This document shows, one piece after another, positions 56,797 to 64,000 of a stretch of DNA of 64,000 nucleotides (its first letter is position 1; each line of letters opens with the position of its first letter). Source of the stretch: Naegleria gruberi (Eukaryota). Below the pieces are notes generated by a model. It had not been told where the DNA came from. It was given only the letters and a program-made list of their open reading frames with translations, and ran no database searches. The position numbers and the translations under genes were made by a program. Location of the stretch: the NCBI GenBank assembly GCA_000004985.1, contig GG738900.1. One strand, 5' to 3'.

Positions 56797-57475
56797 TTAG
56801 AATAATGAATTATTAGATTGGCTCTTTGTACTTGACTTGGCTCTGCTTGAGCTTGGTGGAGCACCCAAGAATCCCATATCAAAACCACCATCTCCTCCAC
56901 CTGACTTTGATCCAGCGGAACCTGTTGCTTCAGTGGTTCTTCCTTTTGTCTTAACTTTAATGTTAACTTTGATCTTTTCACCTTCTCCTAAACTATAGTC
57001 CTTTTGTTCTTCTTCAACTGGATTTTCATCTTGATCTTTCACATTCTTAACCAATCTATTAAATTGTAAATAAATTGTAAAATTTAAATACGTACTTTTG
57101 GTGATCTTGCAAAGCAACATTGAAATCAAAAGCATCGGATCTTTCTCCAAAACCGATACCAATGAATGCATGCCTTCCTTTTTGTTTATCTTCAATTCTG
57201 AGAACAAAGTAACGACTAGAGTCTAAAACTCTTTCAATAGCTTGTGGTCCACTTTCATCAGTATTTACATTACAAGTGGCAAATCTCTTTTCAGTTGCTG
57301 GATCTTCAAGTCTGACTTCACAATGTTGTCCAATAGCAACAACCTTACATCTACCAGTCCAGAGAGGTTCTCCCCAGTTTTCAGCCTTATAACCTTCGGA
57401 AGAGGTTCTTGGAGGAATACGGAAGACATAAGTATTGTTTATAATACACAAAGTTTGTTCATATTCTAATGATGA
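56797..57475 (-). CDS. NECAP (adaptin-ear-binding coat-associated protein) homologue; exon 2 56797..57055, intron 57056..57095, exon 1 57096..~57463 (start codon not located)
   Basis: …EYEQTLCIINNTYVFRIPPRTSSEGYKAENW…SSRYFVLRIED…RHAFIGIGFGERSDAFDFNVALQDH matches the NECAP PHear domain. The 40-nt intron has a GTACGT donor. Confidence 0.7.
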
Positions 57476-57818
57476 GAGAAATTAAAAGAGAATTAATTTT
57501 GATGAGATTAATGATGGCCAGTTTAAAAAAAGGTGAGACGACGTATTACATGTTTCGCACAAAAAATCCAATACAAAAAACACGTACGGTTATTGAAGAT
57601 AGAGTCAGTCATTTTTTTAAATTTGAAAATAACAGTTTTTTAGGAATTATTTCCAAAATTTATTTTTTTAACGGTGACGACAGCTAAATTATTTTTATTA
57701 ATTTTGTGGAAGACAGTTCAATGAAAATTGGATGACAAATCGATAATGAATTTGAAGGATAACAAAAATTTAGATTTTTAGAATTTTAATAATTTAATAA
57801 TTTAATTTTTTGCTTAGC

Positions 57819-58663
57819 TTATTTCTTAAAGAAGGATCTGATTTGTTCATTGACAACAGAAATTGGTTGTTCACCATTAATGTTTCTCACCAAACCCTTT
57901 TGATTATAATATCCGAGAACCTTATCAGCGTATCCGTGATAAGTCTTCAAACGATTTCTAATAATATTTTCATTGTCATCAGGTCTTTGAGTGAGTGGTT
58001 CTCCAGTTACGTCATCCAAACCATCGACTTTTGGTGGTTTAAAGAATTTGTTATATGTACGACCAGATGTAAGGTGAGTCAATCTTCCACTAACTCGTTT
58101 AACAACAACTTCATCAGAGACTCCTAAATTGAGAACATGTTCTACAGAAGTATTTCTATCACTCAACATTTGATCCAACTATTAGAATAAAACAATAAAT
58201 TATCCATTTTCCGAAAAGGAAACAAGGTGATAGAGCATAATTCAATGTCGGACCAAAGGAATCCATTCAAACAAAGTTTGTTCAGGGAACAAATTGAAAA
58301 TTTCAATACTTACAGCTTCAGCTTGTGGTACTGTACGTGGGAAACCATCGAGAATGAAACCATATCTACAAGCAGGAGAACCAATACTATCCCTAATGAT
58401 ACCAATGACAATATCATCACTGACAAGTTCACCAGCATCAATCTTAGCTTTAGCCTTCAAACCCATTTCTGTTTGGTTTCTTACGGCATCTCTCAACATA
58501 TCACCTGTAGACAAATGGCAAGCTTCATATTCCTTGGATAATTGAATAGCTTGAGTACCCTTTCCTAAAGATAACAATTAATACTATTGAAAAATTTCCT
58601 ACTATTATACTAACCTGAACCTGGAGGACCAAAGAAAACAAATCTATTTCTATGTTCAGACAT
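57819..58663 (-). CDS. adk: Adenylate kinase, 3 exons (58615..58663, 58314..58564, 57819..58178)
   Basis: [17 protein letters not shown]|KGTQ P-loop. [22 protein letters not shown] segment [13 protein letters not shown]. Splice phases verified: 49+251+360 nt gives 219 aa. Confidence 0.8.
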
Positions 58664-59441
58664 TTTATATGAGTTAAAAGTGTATTGATGAAAATGAGTC
58701 GACGCGGCAGGGGCACAATCGAAATATTTTTTTTGATTTAATTTTTATGATGCGATGCAAGTCTTCATCGAAGCAAGCAACAGCAGCAGAAGAAGAAGTA
58801 TCAATCTCATCCATCTGCTTGGTTTTTTACGGTGTGGCTGATGATGACAAATAGCAAAACAACTTTCGTGCTCGGTGGTTTTATCAAAAATGTTGGAACA
58901 ATGCACCGAGAATAAGAATCACCCACTCTTACTAATAAGAAAATACGATCCGTTGCTACCAGCCTTCTCAATACAAGTCAATCAATTTGGTGCACGTGTG
59001 TCTCAAGGTAAGTAGCCGACAGTTTGGTTCTTGGTGAGCAACAGCAAGCAACTTGAACATTGTAAGGAATTCTGGTCAACCTACCAATACTATTTATTGT
59101 CTACTAATGAAGTTGTTAGTGTAATAATTCCCTCAGATAGCAACAGTATTAAAGTCAATTCTCCATTATTTTGATTGAATGTAGAGTGTATTACTGAATC
59201 AAGAGATTTTTCATTGGAAAAACCGAAAAATACACATCAGACGTTATCATACATTGTAAACATGAGGGCTCGATCAAGAAAATTCCTTCGTATCGTTAGG
59301 AATACCTTCTATTAACAGTAATAAGGAATTCATCTTACAATTAAGGTTCACTTTCAGAGAAGAATTCTATTTTTAGATAAGAGAACTGAAAAACAGATTA
59401 AAATTCGAAAATGATGTAAACAATTAAAATTAATTAAAAAA

Positions 59442-60196
59442 ATGATCAGCTCATCAAATAATACATCAACAGCCAACACAACAAGAGGGCAGATAAGATG
59501 TGGAAAATTGAATCACACTCCGGATCTAGAAGGATACATTGTTGTGAATTGTTGTTCCACTGCTAAAGATCAATTATATAAACAATTGTCTCCCATGTTA
59601 TTGGGCCCATATGAATACGAAATGGATGCTACTGATTATCCTCTCGATGAGAAAAACAAACCTTCTAAAAAAGTTGTAATTCATAATTTGGAAAACTTTT
59701 GGCAATTTTCTAAAGTTTGGGAAGGAGAGGAAGAAAGTTTTTACAATGAAAAGACCAAAACTAATGAATTGAGACCAAATAGATTGTTTTTCGAGAGAAG
59801 AGCTGAAGGTTGGAATGATAAGAAGGCACACAGGTAGGTCTATTAATTTTAATCATGCATTTACATCATTTTCACAATTAATATTCTCAAAGATGGGTCA
59901 AGAAGGGAGAAAAGACATTGTATGCCTGGTGGCATGGAGAAAAGCTCGATTACATGGCTGGTAGAAGAAGAATCTACTGTCCACTCTATGCTGAGAAGGT
60001 AGTTCACATTGAAGGATTTAAAAAGGTTCAAAATCTCCTCAATAAGGGACACAATATTTTAATTCTTGGTTATGATGGTTACGATTATCATGCTGAGAAT
60101 ATGACACTTCAAGATTGTTTCAATGATGTTTCAAGACCATTCGGTCACGAATTGGTATTGTGTGGCTTGTTAACTAATGATCATGTTTGGGAGTAA
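59442..60196 (+). CDS. Hypothetical protein, 2 exons (59442..~59834, ~59913..60196)
   Basis: GTAGGT donor after …KKAH(R). Splice joins frames giving …WVKKGEKTLYAWWHGEKLDY…. No family recognised. Confidence 0.35.
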
Positions 60197-60370
60197 AAAG
60201 AAAATTTTACAATAAAAAAATGCCTCCAAACCAATCATTAACAACACCTATTAATGTTGTCACAGCAACGTATTTGGACCCGAAAAAAGTGAGTTTTTGA
60301 TGATCATCACATATCGGAAATATATTTATTCTAGTATTCTAAATTTCTAAATATTTGGATTTATCTAGGA

Positions 60371-61174
60371 GTGTTGTACGGAGTGCAATATTTGCAATAT
60401 TTATATGTAAATAGGAAAAGTAAAGAGTGGGATGTAAAATTAAAGAAATGGATAGAACTTGTACAAAAGTGGAAACGAGGAGAATTACAACAATATGATT
60501 GGAATTCATATAAATATGATATATTACCACAGTCTATTTATTCTACTCTTTCAGTTTTTTCAAAAGCCTACATGGAAAATAAGGAAGAGGAAGTTAAATT
60601 ACCACCTACGTTATTGATGGGAGCATCATTTGTAAATTCATTGGAAAATGTAGTTTTTGGAACTGAAAAGAAAGATACAATTTCAAAAGGAGATGAATTA
60701 TTTTCAATTAAAGATCTGGACCAAAATACTAATAATTCAACAATAGAGGCCATGGCAGAACAAGCTACTCATTCAATAATGGAAAAATTTGAAAAACTAA
60801 ATGAATGGAATGATTTTGATTATCAACAATATTTTGCGACGAAATCGCCACCGTGGAAATCGAGATTTATCTTCAACCCCAATGAAGAGATTCCATCTAT
60901 TGAGGATATAAAACAAAATGAAGACTTGAGAATTGACACATTAGGCGAGCAACCACATGAATTTGACAAGTATTTATTTGAGGATTTTCTGGACCATATG
61001 GATCCTTTTATTAATCATCAACTTGCCAAACCTTCACTAAGTATGATTAGAGGTAAACAGGGTACTCTCTTCAATCCATCTCGAGTTCACTACATTCTCA
61101 ATGACATTGAAAATGACAGAAGAAGAATCATCAGAAATGCTATTGATTCAATAAAATTAAACAAGGTGCAATAA
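60371..61174 (+). CDS. Hypothetical 267-aa protein
   Basis: Intact ORF. No family recognised. Confidence 0.35.
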   Translation: MLYGVQYLQYLYVNRKSKEWDVKLKKWIELVQKWKRGELQQYDWNSYKYDILPQSIYSTLSVFSKAYMENKEEEVKLPPTLLMGASFVNSLENVVFGTEKKDTISKGDELFSIKDLDQNTNNSTIEAMAEQATHSIMEKFEKLNEWNDFDYQQYFATKSPPWKSRFIFNPNEEIPSIEDIKQNEDLRIDTLGEQPHEFDKYLFEDFLDHMDPFINHQLAKPSLSMIRGKQGTLFNPSRVHYILNDIENDRRRIIRNAIDSIKLNKVQ

Positions 61175-61329
61175 TAACATTCCTATTTCTAATCAAATTA
61201 ATATTGATGAAGCATGATAATAGCCACCTTCAATTTAAATTTTAAATCAAATTCAACAAATCCGAAGCCATCATGATGAAGGTAAAAAAGAACATCAAAA
61301 AAAATATTCAAAAAATAAATTGAAAAAAA

Positions 61330-63597
61330 ATGCCATCATCAAAAGAAGAACGAAAATCTTCATCATCAAAAATTGCCGATAAACCTAAATATGAATTGCT
61401 CACAGACAAGGACTTTAAGAGAGCAGAACAATTAACTGAGGAAAAAAAGCTACAAGATAAAGATTTTCAAGACAAGGAAAAGAAACAAAGAAAGGAAAGA
61501 AATGAATTCTTGTTTAAAAAGACCAAGAATTTGTTAAAAACCTACGAGAAATCTAAATTTTATCAAAAGACGAAACTTTTAACAAATGATGCACTTGATA
61601 AGTATAAAAGAAAGAGTACAATCGATGAAAAACCAATCCCTAAAAGGGAGATGGCATTCTACCAATATAAAAACAAATTAGCTAACAAACAAGAAGTTTC
61701 AAGGAATATCCTTTGGACTGATGTCGATCGTTCGAAAGCTGAAGCAAGATTGGCTAGATCCGAAGTTTTGAGAACCAAAGAAAATGAAGAAAGAGGTATT
61801 GAATTGGATGATAGTGATATTTACTCTAAAACATATCAACTTTCACAGGAAGCAATTTTGAAGGATGTAGATGAAAATACTAGAAAGAAAATATTTGATA
61901 TTGAACTTACACAATATTCACCGTATAAGATTCAATATAGTTTGAGTGGTAGAAAATTACTTTTGGGTGGTGTGAAAGGTCACATTTCAACATTGGATTG
62001 GAGAAAATTTGAAATGCTTCATGAAAATCATTTCAGTGAACCATGTAAGGCAGTTCAATGGTTGATGGATGATGGCATGTATGCTGTTGCTCAATCACCA
62101 TTTACCTATGTTTATAATGAACAAGGTGTAGAAATTCACATGTGTAGAGATTTCCATAAGGTTGAATTCCTTTCTTACTTACCTTTCCATTATTTACTTG
62201 TTGGTGCTAGTAGACAACAAAATTTACCAACAGGAAATAGTGGTCAAATCATTTTCAAGGATATTTCATTGGGTGAAAACGTATCAACAGTTAAATTAGA
62301 TCCAATTTCATGCATGACACCAAATCCATATAATGCTGTTATGTGTGTTGGTCATTTGAATGGTACTGTTTCAATGGTATTACCTCGTGATAAGGATTAC
62401 AAACCAGTCGTTTCCATGTTCTGTCATCAAGCTCCAATTAAACATTTGGCAGTTGATCCAACAGGTCGTTATATGGTTACAAGTGCTGCTGATGATAAGG
62501 TTAAAGTTTGGGATATTAGAAATACCTATCAACCATTGACAACAGTTGATACTCTTGAACATCTTAATCAAATTAGACCAAAGAATGGCGATCATATTAC
62601 TTCTATGGCTGTTTCACAATCGGGAATGGTTGCTGTTTCACTTAAACATACAGTAGCAATATGGAAGAATTTGACTCACATAAATCAAGCTGATAAGGAA
62701 ATTTACTTGCTTCACAAGATGCCAAATCATACCACAGTTTCAGATTTATCATTCTGCCCATATGAAGATATTCTTGGTGTTGGTCATTCTAGAGGATTCA
62801 GTAGTTTAATTGTTCCAGGTTCTGGTTCAAGCTCTTACGATTCTAGAATGCCTAATCCTTACTTTACTGATAAACAAGTTAAGGACTTTAACGTGAGAAC
62901 CTTGCTTGAAAAGATTCCATATGAAATGATTTGTTTGGATCCAACAGTGATTGGTACATCAGGTATGAGAGAAAAGGATCACTCCTACTCATCTCAAGTT
63001 GAAATCTCAGAAGAATTGAAACAAGAATTGAGCAGAGTTGGTCTCAAGGAAGAAGAAAGAAAAGAAGCTGAAAAGAGAAAACGTTTAACCTCAAGAGATC
63101 AATACAGAGAAGAACTCTTTAACAAATATCAAGAAATGAAAGCAGCCATACCAAAGAATTGGTATGATGAAGAAGATGCTGATGCTTTGGATCGTTTTGC
63201 CTCATTAAAGAAGAGAAAGATAAAGTACGACGAAAAGAAGAGAGAAGATACTCGAAAGCAACAAGAACAAACTGAAGAATCAGATAGAGTCAAACAATTG
63301 AAGAGACAATTGAGTGGCGATGATTCTGGAGATGAGGAAGAATCATCTGGTGATGAAGACGAAAATATGCTCAAATTATCATCTTCAGGAAAGAAGAAGC
63401 AACAAGAAGGCGACGAAGATGATGAGGAACAAGACGATGAAGAACAAATGGACAATCAAGCTGATGACGACGAAGATGAGGAAGAACAAGAAGACGACGA
63501 AGACCAACAAGCAAACATTTCAGAGGAATCTGATGATTACGAAAGCGATGAAAGTGAGGAAGAAGACACCAACTCAATAATTGATCCATTCGCATAA
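61330..63597 (+). CDS. WD40 U3 snoRNP protein UTP7 / WDR46 (BING4) homologue with acidic C-terminal tail
   Basis: FHKVEFLSYLPFHYLLVGAS, NPYNAVMCVGHLNGTVSM, FCPYEDILGVGH and LEKIPYEMICLDP parallel human WDR46. Confidence 0.75.
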   Translation: MPSSKEERKSSSSKIADKPKYELLTDKDFKRAEQLTEEKKLQDKDFQDKEKKQRKERNEFLFKKTKNLLKTYEKSKFYQKTKLLTNDALDKYKRKSTIDEKPIPKREMAFYQYKNKLANKQEVSRNILWTDVDRSKAEARLARSEVLRTKENEERGIELDDSDIYSKTYQLSQEAILKDVDENTRKKIFDIELTQYSPYKIQYSLSGRKLLLGGVKGHISTLDWRKFEMLHENHFSEPCKAVQWLMDDGMYAVAQSPFTYVYNEQGVEIHMCRDFHKVEFLSYLPFHYLLVGASRQQNLPTGNSGQIIFKDISLGENVSTVKLDPISCMTPNPYNAVMCVGHLNGTVSMVLPRDKDYKPVVSMFCHQAPIKHLAVDPTGRYMVTSAADDKVKVWDIRNTYQPLTTVDTLEHLNQIRPKNGDHITSMAVSQSGMVAVSLKHTVAIWKNLTHINQADKEIYLLHKMPNHTTVSDLSFCPYEDILGVGHSRGFSSLIVPGSGSSSYDSRMPNPYFTDKQVKDFNVRTLLEKIPYEMICLDPTVIGTSGMREKDHSYSSQVEISEELKQELSRVGLKEEERKEAEKRKRLTSRDQYREELFNKYQEMKAAIPKNWYDEEDADALDRFASLKKRKIKYDEKKREDTRKQQEQTEESDRVKQLKRQLSGDDSGDEEESSGDEDENMLKLSSSGKKKQQEGDEDDEEQDDEEQMDNQADDDEDEEEQEDDEDQQANISEESDDYESDESEEEDTNSIIDPFA

Positions 63598-63757
63598 ATG
63601 TACAAAAATTCTCTAAATTCTCTAAATTCAATTATTAAGCTAGCTCAAATTCTACCAAATCCTTCAATGGTTTGGAAATAGTAAATTTCTTGTAATCCAG
63701 ATATTTTTCATCACCATGATATTAATAGCATTTGCCAACAAATCTTCAGAAAAAAAA

Positions 63758-64000
63758 ATGTCAAATACAGAGAAGCTTCCTTCATCACATCAAAGCATGA
63801 TGAGGAGATTTTCCTCCTCTTCCCTGATGATGATCGTGATGAGTTTAATGATTGTAGTAATGTTACTCCGATCGGAAGTTAATGCCTTCTCCTATAGAAA
63901 TGCTCCACAAGGAATACATATTGCTCTAACAGGAGTAGAAAGCGAAATGTCGGTTATGTTCTTTACCCAACTCAAATCAAAGAATTATCAAATTATTTAT
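63758..64000 (+). CDS. 5' end of a purple-acid-phosphatase-like gene (3'-partial)
   Basis: Signal/TM segment, then PQGIHIALTGVESEMSVMFFTQ resembling the PAP N-terminal motif. Confidence 0.35.
   Translation, partial: MSNTEKLPSSHQSMMRRFSSSSLMMIVMSLMIVVMLLRSEVNAFSYRNAPQGIHIALTGVESEMSVMFFTQLKSKNYQIIY

Noticed and set aside
1-64000. Prokaryotic-type features (CRISPR arrays, operons, defence systems)
   Set aside because: The sequence is clearly eukaryotic (spliceosomal introns, actin, ribosomal protein, Pol III genes). No direct-repeat/spacer arrays are present.

Overview
This 64 kb window is eukaryotic nuclear DNA, most likely from a dictyostelid social amoeba that is not D. discoideum itself. 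The evidence is AT-rich sequence, short GTAAGT..AG introns, Asn/Gln/Ser-rich low-complexity proteins, a divergent actin, a GC3-biased rpS20, and a 5S rRNA that resembles the Dictyostelium 5S but is not identical to it. CRISPR arrays and prokaryotic features are absent. About 45 protein-coding genes can be supported. These include a P4-ATPase flippase (two copies), actin, copine, PAP2 lipid phosphatase, OSTC/DC2, ribosomal protein S20, SMEK/PP4R3, an MDR oxidoreductase, a DUF4116-repeat protein, an NHL-propeller/EGF membrane protein, UBE2T, NECAP, adenylate kinase and WDR46/UTP7. There are also 2x tRNA-Arg(UCU), 2x tRNA-Glu(UUC) and three dispersed 5S rRNA genes. Structural highlights are:
- An ~8 kb tandem segmental duplication (1703-9642 and 9693-17531) carrying the P4-ATPase gene, a tRNA-Arg and three other genes, with post-duplication decay and 60-bp direct repeats at its distal junction.
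- Three 5S rRNA genes scattered between protein-coding genes.
- A second small duplication (tRNA-Glu plus the 3' end of the oxidoreductase gene) landing in a repeat-rich hotspot (40.9-42.6 kb) that also holds a 5S copy and a perfect 22-bp inverted-repeat hairpin.
- A micro-exon gene encoding collagen-like GXY and GGNGG repeats (42.7-46.0 kb).
- A head-to-head pair of small basic paralogues (53.7-54.4 kb).
Four assembly gaps (N runs) and several apparent frameshifts indicate draft-quality sequence. All protein identifications rest on recognition of motifs in the supplied ORF translations. No database searches were run.
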